Source: Eledone cirrhosa (lineage: Eukaryota). From it: a stretch of 64,000 nucleotides of DNA. The stretch covers positions 24,428,001-24,492,000 of the forward strand of contig OZ024751.1 of the NCBI GenBank assembly GCA_964016885.1. The letters run 5' to 3'. A program made the translations under genes and the position numbers. Positions 27,246 to 40,755 of the stretch are shown piece by piece (positions within the stretch are counted from its first letter, which is position 1; each line of letters starts with the position of its first letter). Below the pieces are notes generated by a model. The model worked only from the letters and a program-made list of their open reading frames with translations, made no database searches and was not told the DNA's origin.

Positions 27246-28109
27246 GTACTTTGTGTGAAAGAATGAAAGGGGGATAAATATATACATTATTCTTTACTAT
27301 ATATACTCATCGTTTTTTTTTTGTTGCTCTTTTCTTCTCTGTACGTTTGCGTGTATGTGCACGCGCGTGTATGTATGTGTATTACTCGAGTATGTACGCA
27401 TGTATGTATGTGTATACACGTACGTGCGTGTGTGTGTGTGAATGCACGTGCATATGCCTAAATAACCTCCTAAACATTTTGCAAACATGTAGGCGTACGT
27501 GTGTAAAACAATTTTTTGTTGTTGTTGTTGTTTATTACTTCACTGAATAGATACCTATAAAATCATATATACATGCGCAAGATATTATGCAGAAATGCAT
27601 TTGGAAATCAATATATAAAGAAATAATGCAGTCAGTAAAACATGTGTTATGATGCAGAAATATATTTAGGTGAAATAACCAAGAAAGAGTATCAGTAAAA
27701 AAAAAGAACATTTATTTCTGCCTATCTGGATTTGCACGGCTGCATAATATATTTCTAAGTTTTCTTCTTTAGTCATGATATTTGGCTATATATTGTTGTT
27801 GTTGGGGAAGGGGTGGTTTGTATGTTTGTTGTTGGGAGTTGTGTGTATGTGTGTGTGTATGTGTGTGTGTGTGTGTATGTGTGTTTGTTTGTGTGTGTGT
27901 GTTTTTGGTGAATCCGATATCTTACAAGTAATAGATTATTTTCCTCTTGTTTTTTTTTGTTTTTGTTGTTGTTGTTGGTGGTGGTGGTGGTATGTGGTAG
28001 TGGTGGTGGTGATTGTGGTGGTAGTGGTGATTGCGGTGGTGGTGGTGGTGCTTTTAGTGATGTAAATGGTGGTGGTTATCGAGGTAGTGTTGTTCTTTTT
28101 CTTCTTCGC

Positions 28110-28305
28110 CCATTTATTTCTGAGAGGATCGTGGGAGTAGAGTCCTTAAACACGCCTTCCAGCAGATCCTGCCAGAACCCCAAGCGAGATCCACCGAGCT
28201 CATGGACGTCATCTTGGTCTGGATCGACCTCTAGGTCTCCTGCCGGTTGGTCTTGCCTGTAAAATATGTCCAGCGATTCTTTTCGGAAACATTCGCCCCA
28301 CATAT
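28110..28305 (-). mobile_element. Decayed RTE LINE 3' fragment
   Basis: Frameshifted ILQARPTGRRPRGRSRPR / DDVHELGGSRLG-like sequence. Confidence 0.6.
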
Positions 28306-28332
28306 CGATGAACAGAGTCTATTCACATTATA

Positions 28333-28741
28333 AGGTGGATTGACAGTATCGGTAGAGAGTCGGACGCCATACTTTGCAGCAAAGAGTTGCGGCCCTTTAT
28401 GGTCTGAGTTCAAATCCCGCCAAGGTTAACTTTGCCTTTCATCCTTACTGGGTCGATAAAATAAAGTACCAGTAATGTACTGGGTAATTGCTGGCCTTGT
28501 GCCAAAAGTAGAAACAATTATTATGTCATTTGTTTATTATTTAAGAAGGAAAGGGCGGTGAATTGGCAGTATCGGTAGAGGGTCGGACGCCATGCTTTCC
28601 AGCATAGTTACGTCCCTTTGCGGTCTGAGTTCAAATCCCGCCGAGGTTAACTTTGCCTTTCATCCTTACAGGGTCGATAAAATAAAGTACCAGTAATGTA
28701 CTGGGTAATTGCTGGCCTTGTGCCAAAAGTAGAAACAATTA
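28333..28741 (+). mobile_element. Two tandem SINE family 1 copies
   Basis: Copies at 28333-28520 and 28553-28741. Confidence 0.9.
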
Positions 28742-29083
28742 TTTAAGAAGGAACAGCAGTGGTAGGTAGTTTCTCAGTAGACATTTTAATACTGGACACA
28801 AACTTAATCCAAGAAGGAAATTTCATATACATTACATTGTTACACCCCCGAAAACATAAAAAAAAGTAACATGATTATTGTGGTTCGCTTGGTTATTGTA
28901 TGACAAAGAGGATACAATTTCCTTCACAGTAAGAATTGTTTTCTGAAGTTCGATACCAATCGATAAGGAAGGAGACTTGAAAATTCATTATAGATATGAT
29001 ATGATTTAATAAAGGATTTTTGCATATGGCTGGAAGTATGACGGAATACATACATGTATATCAATACGTACATACATACATAC

Positions 29084-29682
29084 ATGGTGGCTGCCAACTC
29101 GTTTTCGAGTACGGCCACTACTTCATATCCATGTAGGAGAACTCCTACCGATGCACTGAACGAATGTGACTTTAGTCCAGCCAGCGACTTGAAAACTCTG
29201 GTACAAACACTACACTTGTGACAATTATTGACACATAGTGCTGGGCCCATGGTACCATGTGATGACAAGTGCAGAGAGATCTCCAGATATAAAGCAATGC
29301 CTGTGCCGTGAAGCTTTTATAGTGACAAAGGCACTGCACAAAGCCAGTCCCACTCTCTTAACCAAGATGATATTTACCAAAAAGAAGAACAAGTCAACAT
29401 CATTGGATACCATCAGAGTTGCAGGTGTTATATCAGAGTTTTCCTTCTCCTAGAATTCTGCCTTGACAAAGGCTAAGGGTTCATCTCTCCCGGTGATTTT
29501 GGATGGCCATTGACTCTTAAGAGCTCCTTTGACAGGTTTTATTTTTAGTCCTGCAGGATGTCCAAAGTCACCCTCCTCACCAAGAAACCTTAGTGGGGTT
29601 GCCAGTTTAGTCGCCAACGACCCGACCATGGGACAGGTTGTACTGGAATACATGTTACCAGTAGCACCAAGTGGTGACCTGA
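29084..29682 (-). mobile_element. Family C longest copy: RTE 5'UTR-like region fused to an RTE 3' end (non-autonomous element)
   Basis: The minus strand has GTTGGCGACTAAACTGGCAACCCC and CTAGGAGAAGGAAAACTCTG (RTE 5'UTR-type motifs), then CSVCTRVFKSLAGLKSH. Flanked by (TACA)n. Confidence 0.75.
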
Positions 29683-29688
29683 CATACA

Positions 29689-29724
<36 letters not shown>

Positions 29725-30363
29725 TACATATATATATATATATTTAAGGATTGCTGGGCGAATTCACATTAGCTTAATGTGAACTGCATACATAATAAAA
29801 CATACATACATACATACATACATGTGTGTATGTTTATGTGTATGTGTCCATGTACAAATGATTATGTGTATATATGTATTTATATATGTGTCTGTAAAAC
29901 GTATCCTAACGCTGTTACCATATCTTCTTCTCTAAAACATTCTCTATACAGAACACCACAGTAGCAATAAAATTAATCAGTCTCACAAGCTCCTTACTTA
30001 CAGAAATAACCTTCTCTATTAAACAGTCCATTCGTTCACAAAAAATTAGCATTCTATCTCTATCTCGGATTCTCTCGTTTTACCTTGCATTCATTCGTTC
30101 TACTTTTCTCAACAACTTAATTACTTTTTTGTTGAGATGTCCACATTAGTTCGATATATCTCAGCTATTATCCCGTTATTTACTTCAAGTAATGGACAAC
30201 AAACGTCCGATTAGAATTTCCTGTTGATATCAAAAGTAATTAATTGGCCGTTGTAATAGTATCGACTGCTATAATATACTAAAACATTTGTTATATTTTC
30301 AAACACCCTCTTCAAGTTAGAATAGCTTCTTTTAGCTATGCTCATTATGTTGATTAGGTGGAT

Positions 30364-30548
30364 GGTGGATTGACTGTATTGGTAGAAGGTCGGACGCCAT
30401 GCTTTGAAGCATAGAGTTACGTCCATTTATGATCTCAGTTCAAATCCCTCCGAGGTTAACTTTGCCTTTCATCCTTACGAGGTTGATAAAATAAAGTACC
30501 AGTAATGCAGTGGGTTAATTGCTGACCTTGTGCCAAAAGTAGAAACAT
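30364..30548 (+). mobile_element. SINE family 1
   Basis: Consensus match; flanked by the direct repeat TTATGTTGATTAGGT (probable TSD). Confidence 0.88.
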
Positions 30549-31093
30549 TTATGTTGATTAGGTTAGTAAGATATTTGCGATTAGATTATCTTCGTTCGGC
30601 TTTGAAAACAATAATTACTGAAAGCTTATGGCTAACCAAGGACGCCATAATGCTATTATCTGGCTCTTTGACTTGCTAGAATTGGCAGGCAAAACTCCTC
30701 GAGATCTCATTCCAACCGATTTTTATTTGTTTGGGGTTCATTTTGTTGATTTTTTTGTAAACAATGGAGCAATGGAGAAGAGGATTGGATAATTTATCCC
30801 AAGATAAAAAGAAACCGACGTGATGATCAAGGTTAGAACACCTTTGATCGTAGATCGCCTCCATTACTGCCGCCGATGTGGAGCTAAATACAAACAGCAA
30901 GGAATGAATGAAAAACGATATGAAAGCATCGCTTGATCAATATAATTGGGTTCTCCTTTAGTACTTGAACCCAACATATATATATATATATGCGCGTGTA
31001 TATGTGTATTTATGTGTGTGTGTATGTATGTGTGTGTATGTGTGTGTGTGTCTCTCTGTATGTGAGTGTGTGTATCTATAACATGTCACATAC

Positions 31094-31165
<72 letters not shown>

Positions 31166-31253
31166 CATTTTATCTGTTTACATACCTACATGTTAGATAT
31201 GTGTATACGCTGACTTAGTTTCGTTTAACACTGTATTCGTACAGATATGATTT

Positions 31254-31301
<48 letters not shown>

Positions 31302-31345
31302 CACACATATATGTATATATACAAAATTACATATATATATGTGTT

Positions 31346-31423
<78 letters not shown>

Positions 31424-31467
31424 CATATAAATATATATATATATACACAAATTCCATATATACATGC

Positions 31468-31548
<81 letters not shown>

Positions 31549-31729
31549 TGTGTTTGTCTGTGAAAGTGTTTCTGTGCGCTTATATTTGCGTCTGTATCTC
31601 TGTGTATGTACGTGTGTGTGTGTTTGTATGTCTTTGATTGTGTATATGTGTGTGTAAAGAAACGCGTGGATGTGTAAAGTAAACAATTTAGCATCATTTG
31701 TAGTTAATTCAGTGTTTACTCTGTACAAA

Positions 31730-31917
31730 TGAATAGTCTGAGAGATCATTTATTAGGACCGAAAACATCAATTAAAATATTGAGATTTGAATGGTTTATC
31801 CACATTATTGAATAAATCAGACGCATACTACGTCCACCATATATATATATATATATGTGTGTGTGCGTGTGTGTATATATACATATATATACATATATAT
31901 ATGTGTGTGTGTGTGTG

Positions 31918-32008
<91 letters not shown>

Positions 32009-32120
32009 CATGTATATATATATATATATATATGGTGGAGGTTGTATGCGTCTGGTTTTTTCAATAATGTGGATAGCCATTCAAATCTCAATATTTTAAT
32101 TGATGTTTTCGGTCCTAAAT
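31730..32120. mobile_element. Two pLTR-like fragments tail-to-tail around a TA tract
   Basis: 31752-31839 and 32033-32120 are diverged reverse complements. The left copy is preceded by CTGA-GA...GGACC-GAAA (decayed HHR). Confidence 0.65.
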
Positions 32121-32199
32121 ACACAATTAAATACACACATATATATATATGTATGTATAAATATATATACACATATATATTTACATATATATATATATG

Positions 32200-32233
<34 letters not shown>

Positions 32234-32565
32234 ATGCATATATACATATATATATATGTATAAATATATTTATATATATATATATTCATATATGAATATA
32301 TATATATATATACACATATATATTTACATATATATATATATATGAATATATATATATACATATATATATATATAATGCATATATACATATATATGTATAT
32401 GCTTGTGTGTGCGCGTGAGTGTGTGTGTGTATGTGTGTGTGTGTGTGTGTTGGAGCGAGGATTAAAATATAAAGGAAAAAAAACAACTTTAGAAATGACC
32501 TTTTATCATTTTACAGTCGGTAATCATTTAAGAATCAATCAAATAATATCACTTCATTGTACACA

Positions 32566-32679
32566 TAATTGTTTCTACTTTAGGCACAAGGCCAGCAATT
32601 ACCCAGTGCATTACTGGTACTTTATTTTATCGACCCCGTAAGGATGAAAGGCAAAGTCAACCTCAGCGGGATTTGAACT
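32566..32679 (-). mobile_element. 5'-truncated SINE family 1
   Basis: Consensus 3' half; flanked by the direct repeat ACTTCATTGTACACATAAT (TSD). Confidence 0.88.
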
Positions 32680-33769
32680 TCATTGTACACATAATGCTAT
32701 ATTATAATGGCTGTCTGCTCTACGTTACTAAGACAACGGTATGGCTGCCTCTGAATAGAGAGAGTGAGGGGTGCACTAAGGGTGGGTGGGAGAGAGATTA
32801 CCTCCCGGGTTTGTACGTTCATTATAAAATGTGTATTTCGACATTGTGTTACAAGAAACTGGTATCAGAGTTATTTTGGACAAATCATTTCCGAAGGGTA
32901 AACAACTTCACTTTGAAATTATATTCTCTTCGGGGTTTTTGCACGTAAGAAATTCTTGCTACTTCAGTGAACGTTTTAATAATAGTTTCTAATTTTGGCA
33001 CAAGGCCAACAATATTTTGTCGAGGAGGGGGAAGGTCGTTTATATCAATCCCAGTATTGCACTGGTACTTTATTTTATCGACCCCCCAGAAGCGTGAAAA
33101 TCAGTGTTGACTTAGAATCTCTAGGTCAGAACAAATATCTCTCTGTGGCCTATCTATCGATTCAGATATCCCACTGATGAATGTTTTAATAATATTTATA
33201 AAAACTCAAATATAGACGCTGATACTATATTTACTAAATTTATCACAGTATTGGTTTCTAATTTAATTTAAGCACAAGGTTGGTAAATTTAAATGAAGGG
33301 TAATTTTCATTAAATCAACCACATACTTGACAAATACTTTATTTTATCAGTCCCGGAAGAATGAAAGACAACATTGACCTCAGTGGTATTTGAACTCAGA
33401 ACGTAAAGAGTGAGAACATATACTATTCTAAGTCGAAGTCTCATCAGGTCGATGCTTATCCACGGTTTCCTTGACATTAAGCGGATGAGAATACAAGACT
33501 CTCCCTGGGCAGGACGCCAGTTTATTGCTACTGCTGGAACCCACTCTTAGCCGAGTCTACTGAAGCAACGTGAAATAAACTGGTTTGTTCAAGAACACAA
33601 CGTAGAAACCTATCCAGAAATCGAACCAACGATATTACGATCGTACGTCAAGCATCCTAACCGTTAAGCCAAAGTGAGGATTTATATAGCAATGGAATCT
33701 TATCCGGCGGTCTACCAATTCTGACAGTCTACTACTCCAATAAATCTACAATATTATTAACAAAACTTG

Positions 33770-33940
33770 GGTGGTGAATTTGCAGTATCGGTAGAAGGTC
33801 TGACGCCATGCTTTGCAGAAAAGAGTTACATCCCTTTACGGTCTGAGTTCAAATCCCGCCAAGGTTAACTTTGCCTTTCATCCTTACGGGCTCGATGAAA
33901 TAAAGCACCAGTAATACACTGGGATAATTGCTGGCCTTGT
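33770..33940 (+). mobile_element. SINE family 1
   Basis: Consensus match; the 3' end is replaced by the tail of the 7891-8103 element. Confidence 0.85.
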
Positions 33941-34027
33941 ATATTTGCTCTACGGTTCTTATATATCTGATATATATTTATCCTTATCGAGCCCTCTTTG
34001 GATTTTAGTCTTCAAATTTATTATTAT

Positions 34028-34062
<35 letters not shown>

Positions 34063-34141
34063 CACACATATATATATATATACATATATATATATTTACA
34101 CACACACATATATATATACATATATATATATTTACACACAC

Positions 34142-34199
<58 letters not shown>

Positions 34200-34229
34200 G
34201 TATATATATATATATACATATGTAAGATC

Positions 34230-34280
<51 letters not shown>

Positions 34281-34640
34281 ATATCTATATGTGTGCATCT
34301 ATGTGTGTCCATTGGAATATGTGTGTGCATGTGTGTGCTTACATGGTTTAATTTCGTGGCGATTTGGCTTTTATATCATGCAGATCACTTATCGTTAACA
34401 AACCTCAGAATACAACAATATGTTAAAGAACGTATGGAACAGTCGTTTTTCAGTCACTCTATGCCTGTTGTTTGTCGTAAAGTCCACCATTGAAACATAG
34501 CTTACATAACCAATGTCTTTAGCAGCAGCCGTCATTTTCGATGGTTCAACTCAACCTTTACCTCACTTACATGATGAGGATGAAAAACATCTTGACATTT
34601 TCACTCTAAAAACCTCCATGGCCACATCATCCTGGCTCAC

Positions 34641-34681
<41 letters not shown>

Positions 34682-34716
34682 TCATTACTATTATTATTAT
34701 TATTATATTATTAGAG

Positions 34717-35108
34717 GGCGGTGGATTGGCAGTTTCGGTGGAGGGTCGGACGCCATGCTTTCCAGCATAGTTACGTCCCTTTACGATCTGAGTTCAAATC
34801 CCGCCGAGGTTGACTTTGCCTTTCATCCTTACGGGGTCGATAAAATAAAGTACCAGTAATGCACTGGATAATTGCTGGCCTTGTGCCTAAAGTAGAAACA
34901 ATTATTATTATTATTATTGGCGGTGGATTGGCAGTATCGGTAGAGAGTCGGACGCCATGCTTTGACGCATAGAGTTACGGCCCTTTCCATTCTGAGTTCA
35001 TATCCCGCCGAGGTTAACTTTGCCTTTCATCCTTACGGGGTCGATAAAATAAAGTACCAGTAATGCACTGGGGTAATTGCTGGCCTTGTGCCTAAAGTAG
35101 AAACAATT
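34717..35108 (+). mobile_element. Two tandem full-length SINE family 1 copies
   Basis: Copies at 34717-34904 and 34919-35108, in (ATT)n. Confidence 0.92.
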
Positions 35109-35139
35109 ATTACTACTATTACTGTTACTAATGCTGCTT

Positions 35140-35170
<31 letters not shown>

Positions 35171-35304
35171 GGATATTACTGTTACTACTATTGCTACTAT
35201 TGCTACTGCTACTATAACTGTTTCTACTACCACCACCATCACCGACATTACTACTACTACTACCACTACTACCACCACCACCACTACCACTACTACCAGT
35301 ACCA

Positions 35305-35339
<35 letters not shown>

Positions 35340-35429
35340 GCTAATGTGACCTGCATTTCTTGCCATTTTGTCGTCCTTCACATCTTCAAGTTTTTCTTTT
35401 TCTTTTCTTATGATCAGTTCCTTGTTTTA

Positions 35430-35487
<58 letters not shown>

Positions 35488-35542
35488 CCCCTCTCTCTCT
35501 AAATATATATATATATCCATCTAGCTATCTCTTCTCTCTCTA

Positions 35543-35573
<31 letters not shown>

Positions 35574-35764
35574 TTATCTATCTATCTCTTGCGCGCAGTC
35601 TCCCCCCCTCTCTCTATCTATCTATCCATCTATCCATCTATCACTCTCTAATCTTAGACATTTCCATGTGAGCACTTGGAAAAGGTCAGAGCTGAAGTCC
35701 AATTATTTCATTCCGATCCGCGGTTCAAACCAAACGACCTTCGCCTTCTCCACATTTCTCATCA

Positions 35765-36486
35765 TAATTGGTTCTACTTTTGGCACAAGTCCAGCAATTT
35801 GAAAGGAAGGGGAAAGTCGTTTAAATTAACCCCAGCGCCTTACTGGTATTCATTTTGACGACTCCAAAGGGATGAAAGACAAAGTTGACCTCGACAGGGT
35901 TTGACCTAAGAATGTTGTGAACCAGAACAAATACCACAATGAGATTTGATCTGACGCTCTACCGAACCTGTCAATCCACCACCCTAAAAATAATGGTTTC
36001 TGATTAAGTAACAAGGCATACAATTTTGAGGGATGGGGAAAAGTCGATTAAATCGACGCCAGTGCATTACTGGTACTATAATTTATTGACCTTGTGAGGA
36101 TGAAAAGTAAAGCTAACCTCGGCTAACGCCAATGCGTTACTGGTACTTCATTTTATCGCCTCGTATGGATGAAAGACGACGCTATCTTCGGCGTGATTTG
36201 AACCCAGAACATAAAGGGACATGATTATGTGTCACAAAGCATGTTTTCCGATGCTCCCCCGTTTATTGCCAATCCACCTGCCCTAATATACCGCAATAAT
36301 TGTTTCTATTTTTAGCACAAAGCCAGCAATTATCCCAGTGTATTACTGGTACTTTATTTTATCCACCCCGAAAGGATAAAAAAGCAAAGTTAACCTCGGT
36401 GGGATTTGAACACATACCGTAAAGGGCCATAACTCTATGCTGCAAAGCATGGCGTCCGACCCTCTACCCATTCTGCCAATCCCCCG
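35765..36486 (-). mobile_element. Cluster of four SINE family 1-related copies
   Basis: Repeated ACTGGTAC...GGATGAAA...CTGCCAATCC blocks of differing divergence. Confidence 0.8.
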
Positions 36487-37808
36487 TATTAATAAGTGGT
36501 GTTACAACGCCTTCGTTGTTGCAATTACACTTATTACAAATCATGCCTGCGTTCGGTGTTGTTATTGTTATTGATTCAGAGGCAAGTGTTGTTGGTGCGA
36601 AGCTTACTGTTGCATATGTTGCTTCCTATTGGTGCTGCCGCCGCTGCTGCTGGTACTGTTACCGCTGCCGCTGATACTGCTGCTGCTGCTAACTCAGTTC
36701 TTGTCGATGATGTCTTTATTGCTGCTGTCAACAACGTTGCTATGGTTATACAGTTGTTAATGTTGCTGTTGCTATTTCGTTTATTATTTCCGCTAGCGGC
36801 GGCGGCGGTGGCGGTGGTTGTGGGGTGGGGTGGGGTGGAGGTGGAAGTGGAGGTGGTGGTTGTGGTTGTAGTTGTGGTTGTTGTGGCGGTTTTTTGGTGA
36901 TGGTGGTGGTATCGGCAGTGGCTGTGGGGTGGAGGTGGAAGTGGAGGTTGTGGTTGTAGTTGTAGTTGTGGTTGTTGTGGCGGTGTTTGGTGATGGTGGT
37001 GGTAGTGGTAGTGGAGATGTTGGTAGTGGTGTTGTTATTACTGTTGTCGTTGTTGTTGCTGCTGTTGTTGTTATTACTGTTGTTCTTGTTGTTATATGCG
37101 TTGTTGTAGTTGTTGTTCTTGTTGTGTCCGTTGTTTTTATTGTTGTTATTATTGCAGATGATTTTGTCGTTATTGATGTTGTTGTTGTTGTTGTTGTTGT
37201 TGTTATTGTTGTTGTTGTTGTCGTCATTGCTGTTGTTGTTATAGTTGATGTCGTCGTCGTTATTGCTGTTGTTGTTTTTGTTATTGTTGTTGTTGTCGTT
37301 ATTGCTGTTGTTGTTATAGTTGCTGTTGTTGTCGTTATTGCTGTTGCTGTTGTTGTTATAGTTGCTGTTGTTGTCGTTATTGCTGTTGCTGTTGTTATTA
37401 TTGTTGTTGGTGTTGTTGTTGTCATTATTCCAGTTACATTTGTCGTTGCTGTTATATCTCTTGTCATTGAATTGTTCTCTTTACATTTGTTGTTGTTACT
37501 GTTCTTGTTGTTGCTGTCATGTGTTGTTGTCGTGTTTTAGTTTTTTCTTTTAGTTCTTGTAGTTGTTGCTGTAACTGCTGTTGTTGTTGCTATTGTTGTA
37601 ACTGCTGCTTATGTTGTTGTTGCTGTTGTTGTTGTTGTAACTGTTGTTGCAGAAATTAATAGCATTAATGCAATGAATGGTAGCAAGTTAGTATGCTAGT
37701 TGAGTGTCATCAAGTTAAAACCACACTGCCTACACAGCATATCACACCAGCCCCAGGCTTTTTTAACTACATTATATCATCAATGAACTTAATCGATAAT
37801 CCTCAGAC

Positions 37809-37843
<35 letters not shown>

Positions 37844-37866
37844 CACCTGTTTCTCCCTCTCCCTCC

Positions 37867-37960
<94 letters not shown>

Positions 37961-37976
37961 ATATGTGTGTGTATAT

Positions 37977-38388
37977 CCGGGAGAGATGACCCCTTAGCCT
38001 TTGTCAAGGCAGAATTCTAGGAGAAGGAAAACTCTGATATAACACCTGCAACCCTCATGGTATCCAATGATGTTGACTTGTTCTTCTTTTTGGTAAATAT
38101 CATCTTGGTTAAGAGAGTGGGACTGGCTTTGTGCACTGCCTTTGCTCACTATAAAAGCTTCACGGCACAGGCATTGCTTTATATCTGGAGATCTCTCTGC
38201 ACTTGTCATCACATGGTACCATGGGCCCTGCACTATGTGTCAATAATTGTCACAAGTGTAGAGTTTGTACCAGAGCTTTCAAGTCGCTGGCTGGACTAAA
38301 AAGTCACACTCGTTCAGCGCATCGGTAGGGGTTCTCCTACATGGATATAAAGTAGTGGCCGTACTCGAAAACGAGTTGGCAGCTACCA

Positions 38389-38389
<1 letters not shown>
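37977..38389 (+). mobile_element. Family C non-autonomous RTE derivative
   Basis: Reverse complement of 29084-29493; lies in (TA)n. Confidence 0.85.
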
Positions 38390-38437
<48 letters not shown>

Positions 38438-38784
38438 GATATATACGTGTGAGTGGTGAGTGTGTGTGTACTGAGGTGCAGTTTTAAATCAGCACTCTGA
38501 AAAAATAATTTCAGTACCAACTTCAAATATATATATATGTATGTGTGTGTATATATATATATACAGATCAGAGCATATATATATACAGATCAGAGCAAAC
38601 AGCACGGACACTCTATCTCAAAATTATTTTTGAAAAGCATTTAGAAATGCGCAACCGGTAAAAACTTAAAAACTTAAAACCACAACTGAATACTAACCCA
38701 TACAATCACTAATACTCTTTTATTCCTAATTAAACCATTTTTCAACTGTGAACAATTTGTCAGCATTTTCTATTCCGTTTACCA

Positions 38785-38850
<66 letters not shown>

Positions 38851-39358
38851 CGTTGGTGTGTACATAGAAATGTAATACATTACAAAGTATATATAAATAT
38901 ATATATATATAGTGTATGTGTGTGAATGTGTGTGTGTTGTGCTGAAAACGAGGGAAAAGAGGGGTTTTTTTATTACAATGTAAAAAAAAACTTTGTGATG
39001 TATTTTCTCTTTGGCGTCATTGGAATAGCTACATGTCATTCGAAATGTAGAAATATTATGAAGGAACAAGTAAATCATTGAATGAAACAATGAAACAGGG
39101 AAGCAATGAATGAAGGATTGAATCCAGGAATGAATGACTGGACTCTTGAATGAACGAGCAACTTCATGAATGAGTGAATGATTATTGTATGCCTGCAAAC
39201 AGTGGTAGACGGGACTGAGTGAAAGCCTTTGGTTAAAGGTCTGTGTTGGAAATCATACACTATATGTACACTAGTATTAAATATTAAATATCTTTACTGG
39301 CATATTTTCATGGTTTCCCTTAGATTTTCTTGGCCTGGGGCTAAATAAACTTATTTAA

Positions 39359-39579
39359 CCCATTAGCATTTACATTATTCTATATATACTATTGTATTTT
39401 CACAGTAAAGGCTTTATCTTACATAATTATCTCACATAATATCAAACCTACGAGATTTTGATGTTATTTATTTTGAGAACAATACCTTAATGTAGGTATG
39501 ATTGGCCAGATGCGGCCGGTTTGAACAGAAAGAGGTGAGATAGTTCTGGCCGGATATGGCCGGTTTAAATGCTAAAGAG
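39359..39579. mobile_element. piggyBac-type MITE
   Basis: TTAA|CCCATTAGCATTT ... AAATGCTAAAGAG|TTAA: imperfect TIRs with a TTAA TSD. Confidence 0.7.
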
Positions 39580-39744
39580 TTAAAGAATCACACGTCTTAA
39601 AAAGGTGAGGACATAATAAATAATTTAGTCGTAGGAATCGTCTATAAAAAGACGGGATGTTCACGGTTGGAATGGCCCTAATCATATCTCTACTCCTTCA
39701 AGACTGACCTATTTAAAGTATTCCACGTGTTAAATAAGGAGAAG

Positions 39745-40315
39745 ACTGTTGCTGTACTGGTGTTGTTGTTGTTGTTACTGTTGCTGCAGTTGCTGATATT
39801 GTTGCTGATGGTGATGTTACTACTGTTGCTGTTACTGCTACTGATGTTGTTGTTGTTGTTACTGTTGCTGCAGTTGCTGATATTGTTGCTGATGGTGATG
39901 TTACTACTGTTGCTGTTACTGCTACTGATGTTGTTGTTGTTGTTGTTACTGTTGCTGCAGTTGCTGATATTGTTGCTGATGGTGATGTTACTACTGTTGC
40001 TGTTACTGCTACTGGTGTTGTTGTTGTTGTTACTGTTGCTGCAGATGATGATGTTACTACTGTTGTTGTTACTGCTACTGTTGTTGTTCTTGATGTTGTT
40101 GTTGCTGGTGTTACTGTTGCTGCAGCTGCTGATATTGTTGTTGCTGATGATGCTGTTACTCTTGCTAATGCTATTGCTGCTGTTACTGCTACTGCTACTA
40201 CTACTCCTGATGCTGTTGATGTTGTTGTTGTTGGTGTTACTCTTGCTGCAGATGCTGATATTGTTGTTGCTGATGATGCTGTTACTCTTGCTAATGCTAT
40301 TGCTACTGTTACTTT

Positions 40316-40365
<50 letters not shown>

Positions 40366-40371
40366 GTACCA

Positions 40372-40417
<46 letters not shown>

Positions 40418-40755
40418 CACTACTACTACCACTACCATTACTACTACTACCACTACTACTACTAGTACCACTACTACTACCACTACCACTACTACTACTA
40501 CCACTACCATTACTACTACTAGTACCACCACTACCACTACTACCACTACCACTACTACCACTACTACTACTACCACTACCACTACCACTACTACTACTAC
40601 CACTACTACTACCACTACTGCTACTACTACCACTACTACCACTACCACTACTACCACTACTACCACTACCACTATCACTACCACTACTACCACTACTACT
40701 ATTACTACTACTACTACTATTACTCCTACTATTGTTGTTGTTGATGTTACAGTTG
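39745..40755. repeat. 66-69-bp minisatellite followed by a (CTA/CCA)n tract
   Basis: GTTACTGTTGCTGCAGTTGCTGATATTGTTGCTGATGGTGATGTTACTACT unit repeated; source of the Leu/Val/Thr-rich ORFs. Confidence 0.9.
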
